Shown: piece after piece, positions 43,117-58,206 of the stretch
Layout: the number at the start of each line of letters is the position of its first letter
How positions within the stretch are numbered: the stretch's first letter is position 1
Source: the human T2T-CHM13v2.0 reference genome, Homo sapiens
Strand: one strand, 5' to 3'
Length of the DNA: 64,000 nt
Assembly (NCBI RefSeq): GCF_009914755.1
Contig: NC_060928.1
Notes under the pieces: generated by a model
The model's input: only the letters and a program-made list of their open reading frames with translations
Told to the model about the DNA's origin: nothing
The model's database searches: none
Program-made: the position numbers and the translations under genes

Positions 43117-46100
43117 GAAACCTAGGGGGTGAGATTCAGGAGATTCTGATGCAAAACAAACATAGGGCATCTTGAAATGATTATAGATTTTTTTTTCTTT
43201 TAGACCAGTGAACTTGTGTATTTTTCAAACTGTTGGCTGGTGATGACCTCAGGAATTTAAAAATGCTAACTGAGCCCAAGAGAATTCATTATCCTGTATT
43301 TACCTTTGGTAATCTGCCCTACTGCAAACTTTTCATTAAGCATTCATTAAGGGAAATAGGACTTTTGAGAACTAAATCTGCCTTCAAGCACATTTGTGTA
43401 TAGTAAGGAACTTAGTATCTTTTAGATACATTCTGTTAGTGATGGAGTGTAGTTTTTAATATCTTCTAGAAAAAATACTATAATTAGAAATAATGTAATT
43501 TTACATGAGAATATTTGATTATTTAAAATTTTATATATTAATCGCATTATATAGTTGGAGCCAATGATTGGACATGTTGAGAAAATTTTAAAACATTCTT
43601 TGAACTTTACTTTTTTCTCTGAAAAATGAAATGAAATTCCACATCAAGTGAAAACTAAATTAAATGGCATGTGGAAGTATTTTGTAAACAGTAATTATTA
43701 TTAAAGTGTTAGTACTTACCAAGCAATGCTTGATTTATGTTTCTTCAATTCTGATCTTAGCTGATTTCATACCTAAAATTGAAAGCTTGTAGATTTTAGA
43801 ACTTTAATTACAGGTTTTATAATCTGTGAGTAAATGAAATATTGGATGGGAAAATTAATATCTAGAATCATGCAGGCCTGCTTTACAGAAGCACTAGAGT
43901 ATTCCAGAGTATTACATAAAAGTAATACATTTTCCTTCCAAAACTTTAACTTAATTTTTTAAGATTGTAAATCAATACCTCTAAGGACAGCAGATTACTG
44001 AGGATAGTAGAGTATCTAGATCTAAAACATTCTTTCTTGGGTTATGTGATCATCATTGAACTTCAAGCACCTGGTTGTCTATGTGGTTTTACAAAGTTTG
44101 TTTTTGTTAATTCTCAAGACAGGGTTCCTATGGTTGGCAGAGCATCAGGTCAAAAAAACATGAGACCAGTTGGTTTATTAGCAGAAAACTCTGAAAAATT
44201 ATCTCTTTGAGGAATGAGCTAAATCTTAGAATTATGAATGATGTTTCTAAAAATGCTGCCCATCATGTTCTTTATTAGAGCTTTTGTCTACTAGATTGCT
44301 GGACTTTCTCTTAGTAACAGTTGAGAAGAGAATATTGCTATCCTCAGTTAGTTAGTTGCCTAGAAGCCTCCCCCATTAAATGAAGAGCAGACTTACTAAA
44401 GCAGAGTGTGACCAGGTGGTGCAGTATGAGGTGCAGTTTAAGAAATTAAACATAGATGAATAATTGATACAGTTGTTAGTATCAATACTGTGCACACAAA
44501 TTCTCAGCTAATATTTATGAATAAATATTATAGAGAGAACACTTTGTAAAAAGTCACAATGGTAGTTAACCCTTACTTAGGACTTACTATGGGTCAAACA
44601 AGTGCTAAGTGCTTTTTATATATTAACTCATTGAATCCTCATAGCAACCCTTTGAGCAAGTAAAGCTGGCAAATTGGGGTGCCAGAAATTGACATTGGCC
44701 TCTGGCTCCAGAACCTGTGCTCTTTATCACTCTATGCTGCTTACAGGTTTTAGAAATACACTAGAAGAGAAAATAATGCCCTCTTGAAAGAGTCTTTCAG
44801 GCCTGGAGAAGCAGATTCCTGCTCTTAATAAAGGTGAATGATACAATCACAAGCTAAAAGTGAATGCTTCTGTTTTCTCAAAATTAGATCTTACACTCCT
44901 ACTTCTAATGGCAGAAAAGCCAGATTGAGCCATGCAAAAGGAAATGGGATGTCTTTATGTTCTTTTCTATAAAATTCAGTGATCAACAGACATTTATATA
45001 TCATCTAACTTTGGCCAAGCACTGGACAGATGCATAGAGAGGAATTAGGTATGTTCCCGACTTTGAAGAATAAAGCCATCTGTAACACACTATGGCAAGT
45101 GCATATGAGCCATGCTCAGGGTTCTAATGGGAGCAGAGCAGAGAACACCTTATGGTGTCTGTTGTGTGGATCCCTCCCAATCTCCCTCATTCCGTGGTCA
45201 AGCTAAAACAGTCTCAAGGATGAATAGAGGCTGGTGTGGTGAGTGGGTGATATGGTTAACCAGCCCTCCAGAAAGAGAGGGCAGCATTTGGAGAGGTGCA
45301 AAGTGTACACTATGCTTTGCAACCTCCTTAACTCATTGGGAGTACTAACTAAATTACATATTCATAGACCCCATTCCAGATCCTCTAAATCAGAATCTCC
45401 AGGGGAGAGGCTTTGGAGACTGTGACTAACAGGGGCCCCAAGTGATTCTTATCAGGGGGTCTTGGGCAACAGAGGACAAGTGGAATACAGTTCGTTCATG
45501 AACGTTGTTGGGATGAGTTTTGGAGAGAATGGTGAAGAATGAGATTAGGTAGTATGAAGGTCACTTTATGTCATGCCTGTCTTTTTGATTGTTCGGTTTT
45601 CTGTTTGTATCCTACCTAATGCTGCTACTTCTCAGGCATTAATAGGTACATTGAACTGAGCATTTACTTGGACAACTTTAAATTGAAAGCTTTGGACCTA
45701 AGCCCAATGTATAAGATTCCCACCCTTGACTTATCTGTGGCTTGAGAAACACTTAAACAGGAGAGTGGGGAAGAGGATGAGCATTGTTTATTTATAGCAT
45801 GTCCCTTGACTATTAATCGTGTTTCATTTTATTTGTTAGAAGACTGAGTAGCTACTAAGTAGTACAGCTAATATTTGAGCCTGGGCTTACAGAGTAGAAG
45901 AAATGTGATTTGTCAAAAAGTGGTGAGCAAAGTGCTCATTCCTTCATTTAAAACGGGTGAACTGCAAAATGCAGGGTTGGAGTCAAGGTCCATAGTAACC
46001 TCTGTTACCATATGAAGATGTGTGCCCACCATTCCCTTGATTCTTTTAAGAAAAACCAATTATCAATATTTTATGTGAATTTATCTCTATTTTAAAATCT

Positions 46101-46759
46101 TGCTTTTATATGTGTGTGTGTATACATGTATTTATGTTTATAAAACAAAACCATGTGCTTGCCGACACTCTGATACAAAATAAGTCATTGGGTAGAATTT
46201 TGCTGTAGGACTAATGGTTTGTGACCACTGTGTTAAATCATCTCTGAAGTCTAAGCCTTAAGATATTATGATTTGTGATAACGCTTGATGAGGTATGACT
46301 TACTGATTTGCTTTCCTATCATATCTTAAAGAAATTTTCCTCAATATTTATGTGGAGCTTTATTAATAACAGAGGCTTCTCCAAGTACTAACATACTTTT
46401 AACTTTGTTGGAAGTGACAGAGAAAGAGTGAAAGGCTCTTTCCTGACTACTGTGGGCACAGTGCTGCCCTCCCCTGAGCCTTCTTGTCCAACTGCTGTCT
46501 TTCAGTAATTTTCTACCATAAGATTCTGTTTTCTTCTTCTTTTTTAAATCTGATATTTTCAAACATTGAAAATATTATTTCTTTTTATTCGTTTTACAAA
46601 AACATCCACTGAAATAAAATAATTTAAAAGATCTTTATAAATATTTTATCTTTAGCTCTCTGTAGAACAAATACCTATTTCTATAGGAAAAGCTTTCTGT
46701 GTATAACATTATTGACTGAGGGAGAAAGGGTTGTAAGGGGAAAATTTTGTTTTAAAAAC

Positions 46760-47030
46760 TTTTGAATTGACAAACACAAATTGTATGTATTTATGGTGAA
46801 GAATGTGATGTTTTGATATGTGGATGTATTGTGGAATGGCTAGCTCAAGGTAATTAACATATGTATTACCTCACATACTTTTTATTGTGGTGAGAACACT
46901 TTAGGTCTACTCTCTTAACAATTTTCAAGTGTACAATATATTGTTACTGTATTAACCATAGTCATCGTAATATACAATAGATCTCTTCAACTTATTACTC
47001 CTTTGTAGCTGAAATTTTGTATTCTGTAAT
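46760..47030 (-). mobile_element. L1MA-type 3' fragment
   Basis: attaacatatgtattacctcacatact...gtggtgagaacacttt...tctactctcttaacaattttcaagtgtacaata. Confidence 0.75.
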
Positions 47031-47285
47031 AGTCTGTTTTCTGCATTTGGGGTTGTGGATCTATTTAGGAACATGGATCTATCCATTTCCATGTATAATT
47101 TCAGCTTCGTGTGAAGCCACACACTATCAGTATCTTTTTACCAACATGTACACTAACATTAGTGGATCTTGAAACTAATTCAATGCATCCTAACTAGTAC
47201 TAATATGAGAGAGAGAAGAAAGAAGATCCCTGTATGCATTGCAGGTGGTAAGGGTAAGAAATATTTCATAGAACTTTTGTTTCAG

Positions 47286-47287
<2 letters not shown>

Positions 47288-47323
<36 letters not shown>
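47288..47323. repeat. (GT)n microsatellite, uninterrupted
   Basis: Direct reading. Confidence 0.95.
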
Positions 47324-47328
<5 letters not shown>

Positions 47329-48954
47329 CTACTTTGCATCATAGAATGTATTTCTTACTGGGAGAGCAGTTAACACATTTCAAAAGCCTCTGATCTAGGA
47401 TGACTAAATAGATCCTTGGTCATTCCTGCCTAGTATAAGAGTTTAAATTTTAAACTAGCAATTTGAAAGGATTTTCATCATATGTTAATTACCTCCAAGC
47501 CTAGGCTTTTCTCCTCAGTCATTTCAAAGCACTTCTCTGTCTAGCTTAAATCTGTCCTCTGATCCAAGGGTCACTTTTCAGGAGAATGACAGTGCTGAAG
47601 AGAGAGTTCTTACAAAATGATGAGCTGCCCAGCCTTGGAGAGTAGGAGAGAGACTCTTGTAGGCTCTAGAAGGGGGCCATGGAGGGCAGTGAGCCAGCCC
47701 TAATTCTATCTTCACCAAAATTCCTTGAAAATGAAAAGAAGGAATAAAGGAGAAAGGCAATGTGGGAGTAAATAGAGAATCTCATGTACATTTAAAGATA
47801 TTGAAAAGTCCTAAAGAGAAGGAGACCTAGAAATACTTTTGCAATGAAATGTTTTGCAGTCGTTATGGGCTTGTTTCTTAGGAACTGAGTGACTTGGGGA
47901 AAGATGTAGTTCTTGTCTGGGTTGTGGAATAAAAAGCTGATTGTTTCTGTGAACCAGTAAGTATGTTTGCTAGCGTGAGGTTATTAGTCAGACACACCAC
48001 AAATTAGCAGAAGTTAACACCTCCTGTATTTGTTTCATGTTTGTTTAGTTAGTCCTGTTTGGACTCTCAAGAAATTGTATTTCAGAATTTAAAAAGGGAA
48101 GTGAGATTTAGATTGTTGTATGAGATTGTGGACACTAGAGGGATAAACATTCTTATGTCTTAGTAAGAATTTAATGGCAAGTGAATGCTTCCTTTTAAGG
48201 TTTCCAGAAATAAATCAAATTGTGCTGATTTCAACCTTTTAAAAAAAGTCACATTTGTCATAATGGTAACCTAATGTGCATTATGTGAAACTAATGAAAA
48301 GCACTTAGTATTTATGTTCAGTATTTTCTGTTATCTATTGATTCACTTATAAAGCACTATCTTATGTTCTTATTCTGGGGGAGAGTTCTAGATATGTTAT
48401 GAACTACATTAATAACTCAAGCTGCCATTGTGAGCAGCCAGTTAAAAGAACCAAGCCACTTTTGTATGCTTGGTGAAGTAAAAACCAGCTTTTCAAATAT
48501 ACTTCGGAGGCAGACTTTTAAAAAATTATATTGAAGAGATAGTAAATGTTATTTTGGCCAGTCAATCTTCATTGATTTAGTTATCTATAAATAAATATTT
48601 TAGAGGCCAAAATCCAAAAGAACTGTTTTTTTTTCTTGTTCCTATTATTAGTATAAAACCGATGAGGCTGACATGAATATTTTCTCTCATGATAAGACGG
48701 GCTATCTATTGTGGGTCCAATATCCAGGCACAACTACATATACTCAGAGGCTGTTGTTCTTCCCATCAAAAGTGATTGTCTGCCTGTAATCCCAGCTATT
48801 CAGGAGGCTGAGGCATGAGAATTGCTTGAACCCCTTTCTTTCCTATTTTTGTTTTGATTAACAAACTCACATTTTGTTTTGATTAACAAACTCCAGGTAG
48901 GGCTGCATTTCTTGGAAAATAAGGAAACCTTAGAAATAAGGAAAATAAGGGAAT

Positions 48955-49412
48955 ATGTTATCAGTTTGATTTTGTTTTGTAGCAAAGCACCCCAAAACTT
49001 AATGACATAACATTTATTGATTCATAATTTGATGGGTGGGCAAGTCGGGCTGAGCTCAGCTGAGACATCTTTATTCTAATTTGTGCCTTCTGGGCACACT
49101 CGCTTGTTAGTGGTCAGTTGGCAGTCAGTGGTGTTATTTATGTATTTATAGAGGCTATGGTGGTAAATGGGGCAACTGAGGCATGTGGTGTGGGCTACAG
49201 TGGTTCCTAGAACAGTGAGAGAGAATAAGCTCCAGTGAACAAGCACTTTTCAAGCCTCTATTTGCTGTCTTGTTTACTAGTGTTACATTAGCTGAAGCAA
49301 GGCACATGGCCAAGCCCAGACACCACAGGTAGAGAAAGACTCTACCTCTTGATTGGCAGAGAGTTATGCTTGCAGAGATAGGAAGAATTTGTGGGCATTT
49401 TTGTAATCCACA
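48955..49412 (-). mobile_element. Old MaLR (MLT1) LTR remnant
   Basis: caccccaaaacttaatgacataaac...ggcacatggccaagccca...gggcatttttgtaatccaca. Confidence 0.6.
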
Positions 49413-49880
49413 TAGAATGGGTTTTTTTGATGTCCTATGATTTATCAGACTTTATGCTATGTGACTTACCTGTTATTCATTTAGTCCTCAAAACAATTTC
49501 CTGACATGCCTGGCATTATGCCCATTGCAAAGATGATAAAACTGATGATCAGAGAAGTTAAGAGACTTGCACAAATTAAGCCCAAATTGTTTGCTTCAAG
49601 TTATGGAATGGCCTTTTAGGTGCTGTCTCTTGTTAAGCAACATGATCAGATGCTTAGCCCATGAGGCAGAAGATGTATGCTTTATTTGGTTAAAATGGAG
49701 TTCTAAAGACTACTTTTACTTTCTCCCTTACATGTTGAACCATTGGGTCATATATTTATTTGGTATAGAAAAAATATTAAAATTTCACTATCTTTGAGAC
49801 GTTTCAGAAGCTCATGGAAGTGTGGTTTTTGTTTGTTTGCCAGGTCAGCTACACAACCTGGATCTTACCACAGTTTGGAT

Positions 49881-50170
49881 ATGACTGAGGCTCTCCAATG
49901 GGCCAGATATCACTGGCGACGGCTGATCAGAGGTGCAACCAGGGATGATGATTCAGGGCCATACAACTATTCCTCGTTGCTCGCCTGTGGGCGCAAGTCC
50001 TCTCAGACCCCTAAACTGTCAGGAAGGCACCGGATTGTTGTTCCCCACATCCAGCCCTTCAAGGATGAGTATGAGAAGTTCTCCGGAGCCTATGTGAACA
50101 ATCGAATACGAACAACAAAGTACACACTTCTGAATTTTGTGCCAAGAAATTTATTTGAACAATTTCACAG
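49881..50170 (+). CDS. ATP10D: P4-ATPase phospholipid flippase ATP10D, coding part of exon 2 (exon begins at 49844)
   Basis: MTEALQWARYHW...YVNNRIRTTKYTLLNFVPRNLFEQFHR contains the conserved P4-ATPase N-terminal motif; acceptor tttgccag at 49843; donor AG|GTACTG at 50170; 290 nt, phase 2. Confidence 0.96.
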
Positions 50171-52312
50171 GTACTGTTTTATTTTTGAAGAAAACCTTAG
50201 AATATCATTCTAGTTGATATATAACATATTTTTCATTTTCATAACCCTGTATATTACTTAAACCTAAGACATGTGACATCATCCTTGACAATTTTGATAC
50301 AAATCTGTTGTGGAATGATGACTCCTCCCATTCACGTAGCACTTTCCAATTGGAAAGGTGTTTTCTCTTTACCAGAAAAGATATTGTAATTCACATATTA
50401 TAGGTTAGGAAATGACTTGACTGTGGTTTAGCCAATGTCATGCCAATGTCAAGTAGCAGACCAGGGGCTGCCTCTGGGGGTCTTCTTACTCTTGCTTTAG
50501 TGTTCTTTCCAGGAAACCACGCGCATTTTAATTTCAAATTTTTCTTACTGATAATAGGAGGAAATAGAGCTCTGAAGCCAGTGCAGATGTCAGATGTTTA
50601 GGTGAAACAGTGACCTAATTCAACTTAATATCTCATTCATGGACAATCTCCTGTGAGTTTAGGCACTGAAGGAAATGGAAGTGTGAGTGCCACTCCTCTC
50701 CTTGTGGAGTTTGCAGTTGTGCTAGGGAAACACAATATATACATATATAAAACAAAAAGACATAGGGAATGCAATGAGTGTTATAAAGGGCTGTCAAATA
50801 GAATGAAAGCCTCAAAAAGAGAAATAATAATGGTAACTGGAGCAATAGAAGGGGAAGTGACATTTGACTTAATAACAGAGGGTGGGTGAGATATTCAAAG
50901 CAGAGGTGTGAGCAAAGCATATTTCAGATGGAGGAAGGAGTATGAATAATGGCATAAAGGCAGTAGCATAAAAGGCTTGCTTGAAGCCTGGGAAATAGTG
51001 TTCTCTGACTTACATGTAACATCTGTGCTGAGGAGCAACAGGAAGTAAAGTCAGAAAGATAGATGTGACCCAGGAAAGAGGTCTTGCTATCAGGATAAAG
51101 AGTTGAGGGCCAAGTCTGCAGGCACAATTACCATGCTTACGTCAGTATTTCACTATGGAAGCAGTGTGGTGGGTAGATGAAAGGACTTAGAGATGATGGC
51201 AGAGAAAACATTTAGGAAGACATTGTATATATCCCAGTGAATTGTAATGGAGACCTGACCTTGGAACAATGTGGGAATGAAAAGAAGGGTGATCTCTTAC
51301 AGATACTGTGGATTTAGTGTAAGACATTCAGTGAAAGGAGTAAAAAAGATGATGTGAACATGTTGAGCTGTGATGACCAGAAGTACTAACAGAAAAATGA
51401 AAAACAAGAGTAAAAAGAACCTTGGCTGGAAGAGTATTTTGTTTTTGTAAATGTATTCAAGACGCCAATGCAAGTAAAGAGATTCTCCATATTCTTTAGT
51501 CATTCCACATACATTCATTCTCATTATTCATTCTATATATGTTCCATATGCATTTATTAAATAGTGGCTATGTTTAAAGGACAGATTTGAATTTGTTGAA
51601 TTAATGGCTATGTAGCCCTATGTGTGTTTCATTCTTTTATGGAGTTTGGAATCTAGTGTACCCAATGGAATAAAAACCTGAAACAGAGTTCAAGGTTAGA
51701 GCTATAGGTTTAGATGTGGTCCACCTGGAAAGAATTGAAGCCACAGAGTAGCAGAAAGGGTTAAGAAAGAAATTTTCAGAGTAAAAAGATTTGGAGGTGA
51801 CAAAAAAGAAGTATATATAGATTATTCTTTTGAGAAGTTTCATGGTCAATGGAAAAATATGTTATCAAAATGTAATGGCAGGATTAAGATTTTGTTTCTC
51901 CTTTAAGGAAAAGGGTGTCTTGAACTTACCATATGGCCCAAAATTAGGGACCCATGGAGAAGTATTTGAATACATAAAGTAGAAGAATGGAAGAAGTTCC
52001 TGAAGAAGGTGGTTCTGAATAGCATAAAAGAAGAAATAGAAGAGTTAGTCACAAGAGAAAAGAAATAGGCTTTTCTACTCAATTTTGAGGCTTGTTTAAA
52101 TCTAATGTTTGGATGTACAAAAGGCTAGAGGGTTGATCTTTATTTTGTTAATTAATTTTTATACCACATGAACTCTGAATTTCTTCTAAATTTTTATGAA
52201 CTTTTAAAAAGAAAATAGTATTTTCTCTTGTGCTTTTTTCTATTTTTTTATTGTGCTCAAGACCGTCCCACTCAAATATTTACTATTTTATATTTAATAA
52301 ATAATATCTCAC

Positions 52313-52600
52313 ATTATTTATTTATTGATTGATTACTCTACCCAGGCTGGAGTGCAGTAGTGTGATCCCGGCTCACTGCAGCCTCCGACTTCTGGGTTCA
52401 AGTGATTCTCGTGCCTCAGCCTCCTGAGTAGCTGGGACCACAAGCGTAGGCCACTACACCCAGCTAATTTTTGTATTTTTAGTAGAGACGGGGTTTTACC
52501 GTGTTGCCCAGGCTAGTCTCGAACTCCTGACCTCAAGTGATCTGCCCGCCTCGGCCTCCCAAAGTGCTAAGATTATAGCCGTGAGCCACCACACCCAGCC
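52313..52600 (-). mobile_element. AluS-type element
   Basis: Reverse Alu; TSD atatctcacatt. Confidence 0.9.
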
Positions 52601-52815
52601 CTGATATCTCACATTTATTAAAGAATGACACAAGCCAGATGTCTAGCAGGGTAATAAATAGTTCATTAAGATTCATTGTATTCTGCTAGTTCTATATTCT
52701 GTAACATACAAAATCTACTAATAGAAACTTACAGAAAAACAATATAGTACTTTGCCTCTGACATCAGTCCTTGAAGTAACTTCTTAACACCTCCCTTTGT
52801 GTGTTTGGGTTGCAG

Positions 52816-53010
52816 AGCTGCCAATTTATATTTCCTGTTCCTAGTTGTCCTGAACTGGGTACCTTTGGTAGAAGCCTTCCAAAAGGAAATCACCATGTTG
52901 CCTCTGGTGGTGGTCCTTACAATTATCGCAATTAAAGATGGCCTGGAAGATTATCGGAAATACAAAATTGACAAACAGATCAATAATTTAATAACTAAAG
53001 TTTATAGTAG
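52816..53010 (+). CDS. ATP10D: ATP10D exon 3 (TM1-TM2)
   Basis: tgcag|A GCT GCC AAT...AANLYFLFLVVLNWVP...IKDGLEDYRKYKID; donor AG|GTAAGT; 195 nt; phase consistent with neighbours. Confidence 0.97.
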
Positions 53011-53287
53011 GTAAGTGTAATGGGACCTTTGCTAAGGACTATGTATGTATCATTGAGAAATATGCAGAATGTTACTTTTTTCTCCTTAGGTGTGACCAGG
53101 ACCCTTTTGTGGTGGTGTTGGTGTTGTTGCTATTGTTTTCAACTAATATTTCGTAAAGTCCTATGGTGAATTTAATTCAAGTGTCAGAGGAAAACAAAAA
53201 CGTATAAGCCATTGTCAACCCAGGAGCCGACAAAGCAAAAGCTTCTGTAACTCATGTATAAGTGGAATTAAAAGAATTAAACTTCAG

Positions 53288-53631
<344 letters not shown>

Positions 53632-54471
53632 CTAGAGCATCCCATCACAGCAACAACAGAGAGCATTCATAGGAGGAGGTCTTTTTAGGGGCATATTTGC
53701 TGTGTTGGAGACTTGTATTTTCAGTATTTATGAAATAGAGAGTCTATGTAGCCAAGAATAAACTCAGTGAAGGTGAGTCTTAAACTGTAGTGTATATTAT
53801 TTGCAGCTCCTGGGTTTTTATTCTTAGATGTAAGTTAATACTTAGTAAACCGTATAGACAAATATAACTTGTCTTCAATCTTATGTGATCCAAAGAGGAA
53901 AATGTTAGGAAAGGCTTCTCTGAAGAAGTGATATTTAATCTGAAAGCTGCAGAATTCGTATTTTGTTCATTATTAGAATTCTTCAGTGACTTTCACAATG
54001 TTTGTTTTTATGATCTATCAAGAAAACAAGGAAAAGAACTTTATTTATCTTTTGTAAGATGATTTGAGATTTCTTGGATAATGAGAAATTAGTTCTGTTT
54101 TTTCTCTTATACTCATGTCCAGTCTAAACGAAACCAGAAAAACACATGTGTTGTATTTTAAAATGAAATAATGGTATAAGTCATTGGTTTTCATTTAAAG
54201 GCATAGAGCATTTGACTAAAACAGTTCTATTAATAATTTAGTAACATTTGAATGCTTATTATATACCAGAGATAGAGAACTAAAATATCGGTACAGTCTC
54301 TAGCCTCAAAAAATAGCTATAAGAAACAATACTTTACAATGATTGTGTGATGAACAAAGTCCAGAATTTGGCCAGTTTTAAGATTACCCAGTGAATGTCA
54401 AATTTAGCAAATGGAAAGAATGCTTATTATATATATTTTTGAATACAAATGCAAATATATAAATAATTTCA

Positions 54472-54832
<361 letters not shown>

Positions 54833-57800
54833 CTACAACATTTAATCTGATTCTCTCAGTTAGCTGTGCAACCTTGGGCAATTTACAAAAAGCAGCTAAA
54901 CACCCAGTTTCCTGTATTATGAATGTAATAATAAAACTTACTTCATAGCACCTAGTCTTTTCCAAGTGCTAGGTAAAAGCCGTTATGATTATTATTATAG
55001 GTTAATAATGACTATTTGCTAGAGTTTATGTTTGTCACATCGAGTCATTTCATTAACATTTGAGAACTCCTGAAAACACTGCACAATTTTTAAAATATTA
55101 AAATTACCCAGTGGAAGACCTGGTATAACTTTTTTCTCAGGTGTCCTTTTAGACATAGTCCAGATTGATTTTCATATAAACTTAAAGATGAAATGCAGTA
55201 TTATAGTCAGTTATTTAATATCCATTCTAAGATGTTCCTTTATGTTTGTGTTTCTTAATAGGCTCAGGTAATTTTATGTGTTTTTATCTGTGTATAATAT
55301 AATTTGCTTTTGTTTGGTATTGTAGAAGAAATAGTGCTTATGTTTTTCCCCCAGATCATTTCTGGAACAATTATTATAAGGTTATAAAGAAATAAAGATG
55401 GGATATAAAACCATGCCTTGTTGATTTAAATATGCTAATGTAAATGTATATGAAATACAAAGAAATCAACTTACAAATTATTTCTCCACAAATTTAGGGT
55501 GAAATTATGGGGGCTATTTAGCAAGTTTTTGGAAGAAGCATATTAACATTTCTAAGCAGATAATTTGGTTCTTTTTTGTAGTAGGTGGTGTTTCACAAGG
55601 CGCTTAATTTTCTATAGAAAAGTATCATTTGGAATAACAAACACTAGTCTAGAAATTAATCATTTAAACTCTATTATACCCCCAATTAAGTTAGAATAAG
55701 CTATTATAGAAAACCTGACTTTCTTAAGATTTCCCTTAAAATAGGGGCCACTTATAAGGTTTTAAAATCTGTTTTAACATAATGAAACTGTCTTGAAAAT
55801 AAGACTATTAATCATTCAACAAATCTGAGTGCCTGCTATGTGGTAAGCACTGAGAGACTTAGAGGATTTAAACTAAAAATAGATACAATGTCTGCCATCA
55901 AGGAATGTACATTATTTTCTGACCTTTAAAAATCACCATGTTGTTGATGTTAGAAGTTTCAAAATATTAGTTAACATTTTAGGATTATCTTATAAATCCA
56001 TAGAATTTCATGATTTGTAAAATGAGAACTTCAGTAGCCATCTAAGATAATTAACCTTAGTAACACACTTTACGAAACAAAAATTTTAGATTCTTCAAAT
56101 TTTCTTGAAAATACACAATTAAACCACATTTTATTTGGTGGTTATCAGAAGTGACTGTAGCTGGTAGTAAACTCTAGTATTTGAGAGGGTAGACTCTGGA
56201 TATACCTGCCTTGTTTCAATTTACAGGGCCACTTAAGAGCTGTGTAACATTGAACAAGTTACTTAACTTGTCAAGGCCAATTTTTTCTAATTTGTAAAAG
56301 TGGGGCTGTCCTGTTTTCATGATACCAACCACAACATTGATTCAAAAATTAAATAAGTTGATATATGTAAAGCATCTAATAAATCTTAGCTGATTTTGTG
56401 CCCAATGATAATTCATTATTTGCTTATTATAAATAATTCAGTGTTTTATTGGAAACATACTAAAAATACCAAAAAGAATAATTAATTCATAATCCTACCC
56501 TTTCTCTCTTTAAAGATCAAGTGAAGTAGGCGTCCACATTCCCCACCCTTCATTCTTACTTCTCCCTTTTGTCCCTTACCAGCTCCCATCCTAGTGGAAT
56601 CACTGTTAATCGTTCAGTGTGTATTAGTTCCAACTTTTCCCAATGCTTGTGTAGCAGAGCTGTTTGCTACTGAACTTATAAGAAACAAAATGGGCCTAGA
56701 AGCTTTCCTAAAGGAGGGATTGTGGATGCTGTGTCCTGGTCATTGAGAGTCACACACAAGCACAAACTACCAAGGAGATGCAAGAAGTTCTAGTTGTGCA
56801 TTTAGGCTCTGGGGAAAGAAGAAAGTCCTCTTACTAGTTTTAATTATATATCAGGAAAGGAAATGTAGCCTTATGTTTCCATCTCCCAACACTGTAAATG
56901 TTCCAGGCTAGTTAAATGTGGCTGTGAGCATTGTGGTTTAACCTGTGGTTGCTTTCCCACCGTGCTCTCTGAAGCCTTCTTTATTCCTCCACTGGGACTG
57001 ATGTGCTGTCTCACCTTTCTTTGCCTGATTCATTCTTGAACACCCTTTAAGACTCAGTTCGGGTATCACTTCCTCCAAGGCCCAGTGCCCTTCCTGTTTG
57101 CCCCCATAGTAGCCTGTAGACAGCTCCCTTTTAGGAAATTGCTGTTTGTGTCTCTGTTTCAAATTTTGACCATAACCTCTCTAGAGTGGGGACCCTATCT
57201 TAATCATTTTTGTGTATTTTGTACTATGCACCTAACATGGTAACTGGGATATTAATATCGGTATATGTTTCTAGACCTGAGCTAGCCAGTGATTGGGAAA
57301 ATTAGCTAGTGTTTTGTTTTGTTTAAATCTTGGTACATGCTACAAATGGGGGAAAATGAAGTGAATTTGAATGTGAAAGTGACTTCATTTGAGTTTTCTT
57401 CTAATATAGAGAAAGAAACTTGTTCCTTAGAGCAATGTTACTTCTTATATTTGCAAGAATATGAAATTCCTAACCCAAATGTCAAAATCTGTCTCTCTTT
57501 GGGCCTTCACGAGTTCTCAGCAAATTTCCTCCTGGCTTTCTTCAGATAGAAAGTAGAGAGCAGTAAGCATGAATTATGTACCTCAAATTATACCATCTGT
57601 CTTTACCTACTTTCTTCTGACCTTAGATGAAGAGGGAATTCCCTTTCTTGTAACAGTAATCCTTCCATCTGTATTTTTCATCTCATTCCTGTTGCTTCTC
57701 TCTAGCTTCAACCAGCATCTCCTCTCCCTCCTTTTTCTTCCACCTTGCCTTCTGCATTGGCTTCTCCCCTGCATCCTATGTGCATGCCCAGTTCGCTCGT

Positions 57801-57898
57801 CTTTACTGTCCTTTGACTTACCTTCCCTGGCAGTGGCTACCTTCACCCCTTATTCTTTTCATAGGTAACCTTCAGGAAATATTCTACTTCGGTAACTT

Positions 57899-58206
<308 letters not shown>

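Noticed and set aside
48847-48893. 22-bp direct repeat ttttgttttgattaacaaactc (also a 16-bp repeat at 6345-6376) as a CRISPR-like array
   Set aside because: Only two copies, no spacers; simple slippage duplications
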